Assembly: GCA_025454795.1 (NCBI GenBank) | Contig: JALONT010000007.1 | Coordinates: 66,750 to 130,749, forward strand | Origin: Bacteroidales bacterium | GTDB taxonomy: Bacteria; Bacteroidota; Bacteroidia; Bacteroidales; VadinHA17 | DNA: 64,000 bases | Direction: 5' to 3' | In this document: in pieces, positions 8,468-18,940 of the stretch | Numbering within the stretch: position 1 is the first letter of the stretch | Layout: each line of letters begins with the position of its first letter | Position numbers and translations under genes: made by a program | The notes under the pieces: generated by a model | The model's input: only the letters and a program-made list of their open reading frames with translations | Databases searched by the model: none | Told to the model about the DNA's origin: nothing

Positions 8468-11410
8468 TTACTTCTTCTTCAACGCGTCATATAATATCTC
8501 GACAGGGTGTATGGCCGTTCTTCCGGTCCCGTCCTTTATATGATTTCTGCAACTGGTCCCGGGTGCTGCTATGATTACACTTTCATCCGCTTCCCTTACT
8601 TCAGGAAACAATACCAGTTCACCGATTCTGTTTGAGAGATCAAAATGCTCTTTCTCATAACCAAACGATCCTGCCATCCCGCAACAGCCTGAAGGTATCT
8701 CCCTGACTTTGTAATTAACAGGAATTGAGAGCATTTCGATAGAAGGAGTTGAAGAGGCAATAGCCTTTTGCTGGCAATGGGCATGCAGAAGTATCTCTGC
8801 GGGAGTATCAATAAACGATTCCCTGTTAATCCTGCCGGCTTTGAATTCATTTGAGATGAATTCATCAATTAAAAAACTGTTCTCAGCAATTCTCAAAGCA
8901 GCTTCTTTCAGGTCATCTCCTGCAAGTTCAGGATATTCATCCCTGAAACCCAGAATAGCAGATGGCTCAATACCTAGCAGGGGAAACTCTTCGTTTATAA
9001 GTTCTGAGAAGAGATTTATATTCCGTCTGATGATCTTCTTTGCTTTCCTGATCAATCCCTTTGAAAGAAATGTCCTTGCACTCAGGCTGTTTTTAACAGT
9101 GATCACTTTGTAGCCCAGAGCTGCAAGGAGTTTTATTGCCTTAATACCTGTCGGGGTGTCATTGTAATCAGTAAATTCATCAATAAGGAGGCAAACAGGT
9201 TTTTTTTCCGATTCCGTATTGACCGATTCAGGGTGTCTTCTTATCCATTCTTTTAATGTAAACCTGTGCAATAATGGTATTGACCTCCGGGAAGCAAAAC
9301 CTATGGTCTTTTTAATTACAATGGATAAGTATTTGTCTTTTAAAAAGAAATTAAAAATACCAGGTGCCAGGGAACCTATTCTGTTAACTGTTGAAATATA
9401 CGCTATTAGTATTGTCCTCAGAGGGATCCCGTGTTTATCATACCAGTGCTGGAGAAATTCAGCCTTAAGCTTCGCAATGTCCACACCGGAAGGGCATTCC
9501 GATTTGCATCCTTTGCAGGCAATGCAAAGATCAAGGATATCATATATTTCTTTATGATCCCATGGATTATTCTCATCAGCGCTCAGAAACTCCCTGATGA
9601 TGTTTGCCCTGGCCCTTGTAGAGTCTTTTTCTTCACCGGTAGCCATGAATGTAGGGCACATCGTTCCCCCGAGAACCTGTGTCTTGCGGCAATCTCCTGA
9701 ACCGTTACATTTCTCAGCTGCTCTTATTATTCCGTCCGAGGATGAAAAATCAAATATGGTTCCTATTTCCGGAGTCCTGATACCCGGAATATACCTCAGT
9801 GATGTATTCATCTGAGGGGTATCTGTGATTTTCCCCGGATTCATTATATTCTGAGGATCCCATATCTTTTTTACCTCTCTGAGCAGATTATAATTATGCT
9901 CTCCGATTATAATCGGAATGAATTCGCCTCTGAGTCTTCCGTCACCATGTTCACCGCTCATTGATCCGCGGTACTTCCTTACAAGCTTTGCTGTCTCAAT
10001 TCCGAGAGTTCTGAATAGCTGCACATCAGCTTCATCCTTTAAATTAAGAACCGGCCTTATGTGAAGTTCTCCGGTTCCTATATGAGCATGGTAGACTACA
10101 TCTTTACCATACGCCGACAGCATTTTTTCAAAATCCGCAATATATTCCGGCAGGTTTTCGACATTTACAACTGTATCCTCAATAAGTGATACCGGTTTTG
10201 GATCACCTTTCATGTTTGCCAGTACACCCAGCCCGGCTTTTCGCAGATCCCAGACTTTAGCAATATCTTTTCCCTTCACAACAGGAAATGCATAACCATA
10301 ACCGGCTGATCTTAATTCAAGTGTCATTTCCTCAATGACTTTCTCTGTTTCCCCGGATTTTTCCCTGGCAAACTCCACAATCACTATAGCTGCAGGCTTA
10401 CCCTCCAGAAAAAACCGGTTTCTTCTCTGACTGATATTCCCTTCAGTAAGCTGAAGGATCTTATCATCCATCATTTCAACCGCAGAGGGTTTATATTTTA
10501 ATGCTATTAGATTGGCCAGGAATGCATCATTTCTTTTGTCAAGATGTACGCAAACAATCGCTTTATCTGATGGAGGCAACTTAACGAGATTAAGCTTTAT
10601 TTCAGTGGTGACTGCCAATGTACCCTCAGAACCTGAAAGAATATTACAGAAATTAAAATACCTGTCTGATTTCTCATCAAATACCTCGTTATTAAAAAGA
10701 AGATCCAATGCATAACCTGTATTTCTTCTGGGGATTTTCGGATCCGGAAAGTTTTCTCTGATTTCCTTGCAGTTTACAGGATCACTGAGCAACTCCAGCG
10801 TTTTACGGTAAATATTTCCCTCGAGACCGGGCAGTAGGCATTTTTTATCGAAAGAAAGCTTGTCAACCGGTCCAAAAATTGCCTCTGATCCATCGCTTAA
10901 CAGCACTTTGAGTTCAATTAAGTGGTCACGTGTTGAACCATAGATGACAGAGTGAGAGCCACATGCATTGTTACCTACCATTCCCCCCAGGTTGCACCTG
11001 TTTGACGTTGAAGTTTCAGGGGCGAAAAACAAATCGTACTCTTTTAACCTGAGGTTAAGTTCATCGAGCACAACACCAGGTTCCACTCTTGCCCATAACT
11101 CATCTGTGTTTATCTCGAGAATCTTTTTCATGTATTTCGAGATATCGACTATAATACCTGAGCTTACAACCTGACCGGCAAGCGAAGTTCCTGCAGCCCT
11201 CATTGTTATTGCTGTTTTTTCTTCCGCGGCAAAAGCAATGATCTTTTTCAGATCAGATTTTCCTTTCGGCCATATCACAGCAACAGGAAACTCCTTATAT
11301 ACTGATGCATCAGTGGCATATATAGTCCTCGTAATTTTATCGTATTTAAGATCACCTTCGAGATTATTTGCAAGACTATCGAGACGAGAATAGATTGTAT
11401 CAGTTTTCAT
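8468..11410 (-). CDS. FAD-linked oxidase / 4Fe-4S / CCG-domain oxidoreductase (YdiJ-like, D-2-hydroxyacid dehydrogenase family)
   Basis: YATDAS, AGTSLAGQ, GGMVGNNACG, SGEHGDG, CNGSGDC..MCP, CIACKGCKSECP, GCCGMAGSFG. Confidence 0.88.
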   Translation of the reverse strand: MKTDTIYSRLDSLANNLEGDLKYDKITRTIYATDASVYKEFPVAVIWPKGKSDLKKIIAFAAEEKTAITMRAAGTSLAGQVVSSGIIVDISKYMKKILEINTDELWARVEPGVVLDELNLRLKEYDLFFAPETSTSNRCNLGGMVGNNACGSHSVIYGSTRDHLIELKVLLSDGSEAIFGPVDKLSFDKKCLLPGLEGNIYRKTLELLSDPVNCKEIRENFPDPKIPRRNTGYALDLLFNNEVFDEKSDRYFNFCNILSGSEGTLAVTTEIKLNLVKLPPSDKAIVCVHLDKRNDAFLANLIALKYKPSAVEMMDDKILQLTEGNISQRRNRFFLEGKPAAIVIVEFAREKSGETEKVIEEMTLELRSAGYGYAFPVVKGKDIAKVWDLRKAGLGVLANMKGDPKPVSLIEDTVVNVENLPEYIADFEKMLSAYGKDVVYHAHIGTGELHIRPVLNLKDEADVQLFRTLGIETAKLVRKYRGSMSGEHGDGRLRGEFIPIIIGEHNYNLLREVKKIWDPQNIMNPGKITDTPQMNTSLRYIPGIRTPEIGTIFDFSSSDGIIRAAEKCNGSGDCRKTQVLGGTMCPTFMATGEEKDSTRARANIIREFLSADENNPWDHKEIYDILDLCIACKGCKSECPSGVDIAKLKAEFLQHWYDKHGIPLRTILIAYISTVNRIGSLAPGIFNFFLKDKYLSIVIKKTIGFASRRSIPLLHRFTLKEWIRRHPESVNTESEKKPVCLLIDEFTDYNDTPTGIKAIKLLAALGYKVITVKNSLSARTFLSKGLIRKAKKIIRRNINLFSELINEEFPLLGIEPSAILGFRDEYPELAGDDLKEAALRIAENSFLIDEFISNEFKAGRINRESFIDTPAEILLHAHCQQKAIASSTPSIEMLSIPVNYKVREIPSGCCGMAGSFGYEKEHFDLSNRIGELVLFPEVREADESVIIAAPGTSCRNHIKDGTGRTAIHPVEILYDALKKK

Positions 11411-11581
11411 ACATGGTTTCGAGCTGCTAATTTAGGAAAAAAACGAAATTATACTAAGCGACCGTACAGTCATTAAAAAACAAAACTCTGATATTAATCA
11501 TGCTTTACAAAATTGGATAATCGAACTTTTTTTTCGTACATTTAGAAAAATTTTTCGATAATACTAAAATATTGATATACA

Positions 11582-12586
11582 ATGGAGTTATTGGATAGAT
11601 TAAAACAAAATGCCAGATTACATAACAAACGGATAGTTCTACCGGAGGGATATGAAGAAAGGACAATTCAGGCTGCAGATATTGCTATTGCAGAGGGATT
11701 GGCTCAGATTATATTAATAGGCGATCCTGCAGAGATAAAATCCCACGCTGACAGATTAGGATTAAAGAACCTTGGAAAAGCAAAATTAGTCGATCCAAAA
11801 GCCCATCCTAAAAAAGATGATTATATCAATTTGATGGTTGAACTTAGAAAGAATAAGGGAATGACCAGGGAAGAGGCATCAAAACTCATAGAGGATCCAC
11901 TTTATCTGGGTGTCCTGATGATTAAGAACGGAGATGCCGATGGAGAAGTATCAGGAGCCGATCATGCAACTGGAGATGTGCTGAGACCTGCATTTCAATA
12001 TATCAAAACTGCTCCGGGAATTTCGGTAGTTTCAGGCGCCTTTATTATGATACTCCCCGACAAAAGCTTTGGCGAAAATGGAGTTCTCATTTTTGCAGAT
12101 TCAGGCGTAAGCCCTAATCCGACAGACAGAGAACTGGCAGAGATTGCAGTATCTTCAGCTCATACTGCAAAAGTTCTTGCCGGGATGGAACCGAAAGTTG
12201 CACTACTCAGCTTCTCAACAAAAGGCAGTGCCAAACATGAGCTGGTTGATAAAGTTATTAGTGCTACCCGCATCGCCCAGCAGATGGCTCCGGAATTATT
12301 AATTGATGGTGAACTGCAGGGTGATGCTGCACTTATTGAAGCTATTGGGCAGAAAAAAGCTCCGGGGAGCAAAATTGCCGGTAAGGCTAATGTACTTATT
12401 TTCCCTGATCTGAACTGCGGGAATATTGCCTATAAACTCGTTCAGCGTCTTGCTCACGCTGAAGCACTTGGACCAATTCTTCAGGGAATGGCTGCACCTA
12501 TAAATGATCTTTCCCGTGGTTGCTCGGTAAATGATATCGTATGCATGATAGCTATTGCAGCAAACCAGGCCGCCGGAATAAAGTAA
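11582..12586 (+). CDS. pta: Phosphate acetyltransferase
   Basis: RIVLPEG, LLSFSTKGSA, DGELQGDAA, FPDLNCGNIAYKLVQRL, NDLSRGC. Confidence 0.95.
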   Translation: MELLDRLKQNARLHNKRIVLPEGYEERTIQAADIAIAEGLAQIILIGDPAEIKSHADRLGLKNLGKAKLVDPKAHPKKDDYINLMVELRKNKGMTREEASKLIEDPLYLGVLMIKNGDADGEVSGADHATGDVLRPAFQYIKTAPGISVVSGAFIMILPDKSFGENGVLIFADSGVSPNPTDRELAEIAVSSAHTAKVLAGMEPKVALLSFSTKGSAKHELVDKVISATRIAQQMAPELLIDGELQGDAALIEAIGQKKAPGSKIAGKANVLIFPDLNCGNIAYKLVQRLAHAEALGPILQGMAAPINDLSRGCSVNDIVCMIAIAANQAAGIK

Positions 12587-12615
12587 ATATCTGTATTAAA
12601 TAAAATATTTCAACA

Positions 12616-13827
12616 ATGACTGTTCTTGTTTTAAACTGCGGAAGCTCTTCGATTAAATACCAGCTCTTCAAAATGTCAGATGGGTGTGTGATGCTTGCAA
12701 AAGGCCTCCTGGAGAGAATAGGACTCAATGAAAGTATCCTTACTCATAAACCTACCGGTAAGGAACCTCATAAGGTCATAGCAGATATCCCTGACCACAC
12801 AACAGGTATCAATATAGTAATGGAAATGCTCTGCGACCCGGAACATGGCGTAATTAAGAATGTTAATGAAATAAAAGCTGTCGGTCACAGGGTAGTTAAC
12901 GGTGGTGAACATTATAAAGAGAGCGTGCTGATCGATAATGATGTTAAAAAAGATATCGAGACCTGTATCGACCTGGCCCCGCTCCATAATCCTGCCAACC
13001 TGAAAGGTATCTTATCTGTCGAAAAACTGATCCCCGGTGTGCCTCAGGTTGCTGTGTTTGATACCTCCTTTCATCAGACAATGCCCGATTATGCTTATAT
13101 GTACGCTATCCCTTACGAGTATTACGACAAATATAAGATCAGGAAATATGGTTACCACGGAACCAGTCATAAATTTATTGCAAATAAGGCGGCAAAACTT
13201 CTTGGCTTAGACATCAAAGATCTGAAAATTATTACCTGCCATCTTGGTAACGGTGCTTCAATTACCGCTGTCAGGGGAGGTGAATCGGTCGATACTTCCA
13301 TGGGATTCACACCTGTCGACGGTCTGATAATGGGAACCAGAACCGGAGAGGTAGACCCGGGAGTGCTTGTCTATATTGCTGACAAAGAACATCTTAACGT
13401 TACAGGAGTCAACAATATGATAAACAAGAAGAGTGGTGTATTCGGTATTTCACAGATTTCTTCCGATATGCGGGACCTGGAAACAGCTGCTGCTGCCGGA
13501 AATAAAAAAGCTATCCTTGCGCTTAATATGTATGCTTATAAAGCTAAAAAATTTATCGGGTCATATATTGCAGCACTTAACGGAGTTGATGTACTTGTTT
13601 TTACAGGAGGTATCGGGGAGAATGATTTCAGTATGAGAAAAAAGATCTGCTCCGATATGGAGAACCTTGGGATCATCTTTGACAATGAAAAAAATGACGG
13701 GGTCAGGGGTAAGGACCTTATCATCTCAAAACCTGAATCGAAAGTCATTGTAATGGCAGTTGCAACCGATGAAGAATTTGTAATTGCATCTGATACACGT
13801 TATATTGTTGACCATCAAAAAGTTTAA
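12616..13827 (+). CDS. ackA: Acetate kinase
   Basis: VLNCGSSSIKYQL, GHRVV, LAPLHNP, VFDTSFHQT, YGYHGTSH, DTSMGFTP, FTGGIGEN. Confidence 0.96.
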   Translation: MTVLVLNCGSSSIKYQLFKMSDGCVMLAKGLLERIGLNESILTHKPTGKEPHKVIADIPDHTTGINIVMEMLCDPEHGVIKNVNEIKAVGHRVVNGGEHYKESVLIDNDVKKDIETCIDLAPLHNPANLKGILSVEKLIPGVPQVAVFDTSFHQTMPDYAYMYAIPYEYYDKYKIRKYGYHGTSHKFIANKAAKLLGLDIKDLKIITCHLGNGASITAVRGGESVDTSMGFTPVDGLIMGTRTGEVDPGVLVYIADKEHLNVTGVNNMINKKSGVFGISQISSDMRDLETAAAAGNKKAILALNMYAYKAKKFIGSYIAALNGVDVLVFTGGIGENDFSMRKKICSDMENLGIIFDNEKNDGVRGKDLIISKPESKVIVMAVATDEEFVIASDTRYIVDHQKV

Positions 13828-13849
13828 TTAATATTAAAATTGACCAGGT

Positions 13850-14752
13850 ATGGTATTAAAAAGCCTTTCAGACCTCAGGAATATTGTTGCAGGTGGGCCT
13901 GTCCGAAAACTCGTCCTTGCAGCTGCACAGGATGAGCAATCCCTTGGTGCTGTTATCAGAGCATGGAAAGACAACCTTATCGAACCAATACTTATTGGTG
14001 ATAAAGAGGGAATTCAGAATATCTGTGCATCACATAACTATGACATTGCAGGTATTAGAATTATCCATGAACCCAATATGGACATGGCTGTTGAAATGTC
14101 GGTCAAAATGGTCAGCAATAAACAGGCTGACGTCCTGATGAAAGGAAAGGTCGGCACAAGCACTTTGCTTAAATGCGTACTGAATAGAGAGTGGGGATTA
14201 AGAACTGGTAATCTGCTTTCGCATATTGCTCTTTTTGAAGTTGACACATATCCAAAAGTCATTGCCGTTACCGATGTGGCAATGAATATTGCCCCCAATC
14301 TCCAGGATAAAATTGCTATCATCAATAATTCAGTATCATGCCTTATTAAGATCGGATATCATTTGCCAAAAGTCGCTATACTGGGTGCCGTTGAAATGGT
14401 CAACGAGAATATGGAGGCAACGCTCCATGCAGCCCTCTTATCAAAGATGTACCAGCGCGATCAGATCAGGAATTGTATTATTGACGGACCTCTTGCATTC
14501 GATAATGCAGTAAGCATTGAAAGTGCCAGGCTTAAAGGTATCCGTAGTGAAGTAGCCGGCGATACAGATATTCTCCTGATGCCCGACATAGAGGTAGGGA
14601 ATGTACTTTATAAGTCGCTGGTTTTCTTTGCAAAAGCTAAAGTAGCTTCAGTAATACTTGGGGCCAGTGTTCCCATAGTCCTTACCTCAAGATCTGACTC
14701 GGAACAGGCAAAATATGATTCAATTCTTCTCTCCGCAGCAGCCAGTAAATAA
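13850..14752 (+). CDS. ptb: Phosphate butyryltransferase (PTA_PTB family)
   Basis: LMKGKV, TDVAMNIAP, DGPLAFDNA, PDIEVGNVLYK, PIVLTSRSDS; adjacent to buk. Confidence 0.85.
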   Translation: MVLKSLSDLRNIVAGGPVRKLVLAAAQDEQSLGAVIRAWKDNLIEPILIGDKEGIQNICASHNYDIAGIRIIHEPNMDMAVEMSVKMVSNKQADVLMKGKVGTSTLLKCVLNREWGLRTGNLLSHIALFEVDTYPKVIAVTDVAMNIAPNLQDKIAIINNSVSCLIKIGYHLPKVAILGAVEMVNENMEATLHAALLSKMYQRDQIRNCIIDGPLAFDNAVSIESARLKGIRSEVAGDTDILLMPDIEVGNVLYKSLVFFAKAKVASVILGASVPIVLTSRSDSEQAKYDSILLSAAASK

Positions 14753-14758
14753 CAAAAT

Positions 14759-15661
14759 ATGATCAGATCCCTCGATCAGATGGTTGAGACGGTGCTCGTA
14801 ATAAAAAAGAAGCACCGCATTGCTGTAGCCTGGGCACAGGATTTAAATACACTTGGAGCTGTTAATAACGCTGTAAATGCAGGTTTTGCCGAAGCAATCC
14901 TGATAGGAAAATCTGATGAGATAATAAGGCTTTGTGAAGATACTGGAATTGATCACAGGCATTTCAGTATAATTGAATCTGGGAACGATGCTGATGCAGC
15001 TTCTGAAGCAGTAAGATTAACCGTTGCCGGCGATGCTGATATTGTCATGAAAGGGCTAATAGGGTCCGACAAATTTCTTAAAGCAGTTATGGACAAGGAG
15101 AGAGGAATTATGATTCCCGGTGCTGTCCTTAGCTACGTCGGAGCAGTTGAAATGCCTTCATATCATAAACTCTTATTCATAACAGATCCTGCAGTTATTC
15201 CTTTTCCGGATCTGAAACAGAAGAGTTTAATGGCAGGATATGCTATTGAAATGGCTGCGAAATTCGGCATTAAAAAACCTAAATTAGCTCTGGTCAGTAC
15301 CACAGAAAAAATAAGTCATCATTTTCCCAGTTCGGCAGATTACGCTGAAATGCTGAAGATGTCAGAAAATGGAAGATTTGGTGATTGTATAATGGATGGT
15401 CCCCTTGACATATTTCTTGCCTGCGATAAGAAAAGCGTTGGTATTAAGGGTATTAATACTCCTGTGGATGGAGACGCCGACATCCTCCTGTTTCCATCCC
15501 TGGAATCCTGCAATGCTTTCTACAAGGGATTGATGTTATTTGCTCATGGTGAACTTGCAGGATTAATCAGAGGTACTAAAAAACCGGTTATTCTAATGTC
15601 CCGCAGCGAAAGTGAGAAATCTAAATATTTTTGTATTGCCCTTGCATGTTTAATGGCATAA
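14759..15661 (+). CDS. Second phosphate acyltransferase (Ptb-like paralog)
   Basis: VMKGLI, TDPAVIPFP, DGPLD, PVILMSRSES. Confidence 0.8.
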   Translation: MIRSLDQMVETVLVIKKKHRIAVAWAQDLNTLGAVNNAVNAGFAEAILIGKSDEIIRLCEDTGIDHRHFSIIESGNDADAASEAVRLTVAGDADIVMKGLIGSDKFLKAVMDKERGIMIPGAVLSYVGAVEMPSYHKLLFITDPAVIPFPDLKQKSLMAGYAIEMAAKFGIKKPKLALVSTTEKISHHFPSSADYAEMLKMSENGRFGDCIMDGPLDIFLACDKKSVGIKGINTPVDGDADILLFPSLESCNAFYKGLMLFAHGELAGLIRGTKKPVILMSRSESEKSKYFCIALACLMA

Positions 15662-15678
15662 TATTAACTCTGTAAAGT

Positions 15679-16779
15679 ATGAATCTTAATCACTTCTCCA
15701 ATACTACAAAACGGCTTATATTAGTCATAAATCCCGGTTCAACATCCACCAAATTTTCTCTATTCGAGGAGGATACATCCTTATTTGAGCTTACCCTGAC
15801 TCATACTGTTGAGGAACTTGCAGGATTTGAAAAAATCACTGACCAGTTTCATTTCAGAAGGGATCTTATTGTCTGGGAACTGGCATACAGGAAGACTGAT
15901 CTTAACCGTATAGCTGCTGTAATTGGAAGGGGAGGTCTGGTAAAACCAATTGAATCAGGGATTTATGAGGTAAATGACAGGATGATCGAGGATCTCAGAG
16001 CAGGACTTATGGGGCAGCATGCCAGTAACCTTGGCGGCCTGATAGCACATGATATAGCTTCCTCACTTCTAAATGCCAAAGCATATATTGTCGATCCTGT
16101 TGTGGTAGACGAACTGCAGCCTGTGGCCAGGATTTCCGGTCATCCGGAGATTGAGAGAATTTCAATCTTTCATGCGCTTAACCATAAAGCCGTGGCAAGA
16201 ATGTATGCAAATTCGATCAACAAAAAGTATGAAGATCTGAACCTGATCGTTGTGCATCTGGGTGGAGGCATCAGCGTAGGCGCTCACAAAAGAGGGAAGG
16301 TGATTGATGTTAATAACGCTCTCTATGGGGACGGTCCCTTCTCACCTGAAAGATCCGGGGGTCTGCCCTCCGGACAGCTTGCAGATCTATGCTTCAGCGG
16401 AAAGTATACGCATACAGAAATAAAAGCAATGATAACCGGAAAAGGAGGGATGGTTGCTTACCTGGGGACTAACAGCTTCAGGGAAGTTTCAAAAATGGTG
16501 GAAAATGGTGATCGGAAAGCAGCACTTATAATGGATGCCGCATCTTACCAGGTCGGAAAAGAAATAGGCGCAATGGCAACGGTTCTTGAAGGTAAAATTG
16601 ATGCAATAATTATTACCGGAGGTATGGCCTTCCAGGAAAAATTTGTCAACGGTATCAAAACAATGGTGCGTTTTCTTGCGCAGGTTGTAGTTTATCCCGG
16701 AGAAGATGAAATAAAATCTCTTGCATTCAACGGTCTTCTTGCTATCGATGGTAAGATTGGTATTAAGACTTACTCATAA
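15679..16779 (+). CDS. buk: Butyrate kinase
   Basis: INPGSTSTK, GRGGL, HASNLG, DPVVVDE, FHALNHKA, HLGGGISV, GPFSPERSG, YPGEDE. Confidence 0.95.
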   Translation: MNLNHFSNTTKRLILVINPGSTSTKFSLFEEDTSLFELTLTHTVEELAGFEKITDQFHFRRDLIVWELAYRKTDLNRIAAVIGRGGLVKPIESGIYEVNDRMIEDLRAGLMGQHASNLGGLIAHDIASSLLNAKAYIVDPVVVDELQPVARISGHPEIERISIFHALNHKAVARMYANSINKKYEDLNLIVVHLGGGISVGAHKRGKVIDVNNALYGDGPFSPERSGGLPSGQLADLCFSGKYTHTEIKAMITGKGGMVAYLGTNSFREVSKMVENGDRKAALIMDAASYQVGKEIGAMATVLEGKIDAIIITGGMAFQEKFVNGIKTMVRFLAQVVVYPGEDEIKSLAFNGLLAIDGKIGIKTYS

Positions 16780-16787
16780 GAATTCAC

Positions 16788-16868
16788 GTACTCACCCCTC
16801 GAACCCCTCTTTGCGACATCAGCGAGTCTGGCCCGCTTCGGCGGGAGGGAATACAAGGGGGTGAGTAC
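16788..16868. repeat. Palindromic REP-like element with an internal CCCGC-TTCG-GCGGG hairpin
   Basis: GTACTCACCCC...GGGGTGAGTAC terminal inverted repeat. The inner 25 nt match 36661-36685 at 23/25 positions. Confidence 0.75.
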
Positions 16869-16878
16869 ATGTTTGTCA

Positions 16879-17574
16879 TTAAGGATTATTTAATGCCACC
16901 GGAATCACCTTTCCGTTGAAGAATTTACTTCCTTTTATTGCGAACCAGGCAATGAATTCAGCCATCTCCCTTGCTGTCACAGGAGCTTTGTAGCCTGGGA
17001 ACGCCTCCTCAAACATCTCCGTTTGAACCGAGCCGGGTGCAATACAGTTAACAATGATACCATCTTCCCTGAACTCTTCAGCAAGACATTCGGAAAGGCA
17101 GGCGAGTGCAGCTTTTGATGCGCTGTAATATGAAAGACCTCTGTATTTTGAGCTTCCCTGATAACCGCCCATACTTGAAATATTTACGATATGTGATCCC
17201 CTTATCAACATTGGTTTTAAAGCACGGATCAGTGCTGCAGGACCCAGAAAATTTGTCTCAATAATCTTTATCGCTTCATCCTTGTTGAAATCAACGAAAT
17301 CTTTGTTAATTATTGTCCCGGCATTATTTATCAGGATATCTACACTTTGAAAATATCCTGAGAGTGTTTCAATAAATTGTTTCTCAAGGACTTCAAAGAT
17401 TGAGATATCAATTTCAAATGTGAATATGTTCCTGTGTTCTGCTTCTTCAGATAACTGTTGTAATATCTTGTTATTCCGACCTGTAACAAATAGATTATTG
17501 TTCTTGTCGTGAGAAAGAAGCAGAACCATCTCTTTACCAATACCCCTTGTACCCCCGTTTATTACGATATTCAT
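16879..17574 (-). CDS. Short-chain dehydrogenase/reductase
   Basis: NGGTRGIG, LINNAG, YSASK. Confidence 0.9.
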   Translation of the reverse strand: MNIVINGGTRGIGKEMVLLLSHDKNNNLFVTGRNNKILQQLSEEAEHRNIFTFEIDISIFEVLEKQFIETLSGYFQSVDILINNAGTIINKDFVDFNKDEAIKIIETNFLGPAALIRALKPMLIRGSHIVNISSMGGYQGSSKYRGLSYYSASKAALACLSECLAEEFREDGIIVNCIAPGSVQTEMFEEAFPGYKAPVTAREMAEFIAWFAIKGSKFFNGKVIPVALNNP

Positions 17575-17650
17575 TATATTTCAGTATATATTATAAAGTT
17601 AGATTTTTTCGTTTATTTGTATTACCCATCAAAGTTACAAAATTGTAATT

Positions 17651-18247
17651 ATGGAACTCAATTATATCATGGCAGTTTGCAGGAGGATCAGGAATCTATT
17701 CTTTATCACTGCTGCCATATTGATTATTACGGTTTGTAACCTTTATTGCCAGACCCTCAGGGATGAAGCTCCTCCCCTGAAAGAAAGATTGTTCTATGGA
17801 GGAAACTTCGGTCTACAGTTTGGTACTCACACTGATATTGAGATTTCACCGGTTATTGGATTATGGTTGTTGCCAAGGTTGGCAGTGGCTGTGGGTCCCG
17901 ATTACAGATTCTATAAAGTTCCTGATTACCGCACAGATATCTATGGTGGAAGTGCCTATATGCAGTTTGTTGTTATTCAGGATATTAATTCTATCGTTCC
18001 TCTGGGAGCCCATGCCGGAATCTTTCTTCATATGGAGAATGAACTGCTCAGCTTGCAATCATCATTCTGGAAAGATCCACCGTATAAATCAGAAAGGTTC
18101 TTTATCAATACTTTACTTGCAGGTGGGGGGATCAGCCAGCAGTTAGGAAGAAGATCTTCACTTGATATGATGATCTTATGGGCTTTAAATGTTTCTCAAT
18201 ATAATCTTTACAGTAATCCCGAGCTCCGTGTAAGCTTTATTTTTTAG
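17651..18247 (+). CDS. Hypothetical outer-membrane beta-barrel protein
   Basis: Signal peptide, YGGNFGLQFG, alternating beta strands, C-terminal Phe. Confidence 0.65.
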   Translation: MELNYIMAVCRRIRNLFFITAAILIITVCNLYCQTLRDEAPPLKERLFYGGNFGLQFGTHTDIEISPVIGLWLLPRLAVAVGPDYRFYKVPDYRTDIYGGSAYMQFVVIQDINSIVPLGAHAGIFLHMENELLSLQSSFWKDPPYKSERFFINTLLAGGGISQQLGRRSSLDMMILWALNVSQYNLYSNPELRVSFIF

Positions 18248-18392
18248 AATGAATCTGCCGGAGGCGGAGAAATGAAGGATCTTCATTTTTAAGCGATTTT
18301 ATTGTTATAGGACTAATTTAATTTATTCTGCTTCTCCGGACAGTAAATTAAATTATATTTGCGGCTGTTTTATTAAACCATTGTCAGTTTCA

Positions 18393-18935
18393 ATGAAAAT
18401 CGAAAAGAACAGAGTCGTCTCTCTCATATATGAATTGCGGGAAACCAATGCTGAAGGCAGGGTAATTGAACTCGTGGAGGAAAACCATCCTATGACATTC
18501 ATATATGGCAGCGGCAGGCTGTTGCCGCATTTTGAATTGAATTTATTCTCTATGGAAAAAGGAGATAATTTCAGTTTTGTGCTTAAGTCGGAATCCGCTT
18601 ACGGTGACAGGAGGGAAGATATGATTATTGATGTGCCCCTTTCCATTTTTCAAAATGATGGAAGAATTGATGAGAACGTTTGCCGTGTAGGCAATGAAGT
18701 GCCGATGATGGACAGAGACGGTAATCGCATTAATGGTGTAATTAATGAAATTACAGATAGTTACGTTAAGATGGATTTTAATCATCCTATGGCCGGAACA
18801 GATTTACATTTCTCAGGAAAGGTATTGGATGTTCATGATGCTACTGCTGAAGAGATAGATCGGATGAATCATTCATGCGCTTCATGTGGGAGTCATGACG
18901 ATGTAACCGGCAGTTGTTCCGGATCATGCGTTTAA
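18393..18935 (+). CDS. slyD: FKBP-type peptidyl-prolyl isomerase SlyD
   Basis: VSLIYEL, AYG, DFNHPMAG, Cys/His-rich tail. Confidence 0.9.
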   Translation: MKIEKNRVVSLIYELRETNAEGRVIELVEENHPMTFIYGSGRLLPHFELNLFSMEKGDNFSFVLKSESAYGDRREDMIIDVPLSIFQNDGRIDENVCRVGNEVPMMDRDGNRINGVINEITDSYVKMDFNHPMAGTDLHFSGKVLDVHDATAEEIDRMNHSCASCGSHDDVTGSCSGSCV

Positions 18936-18940
18936 AATGT

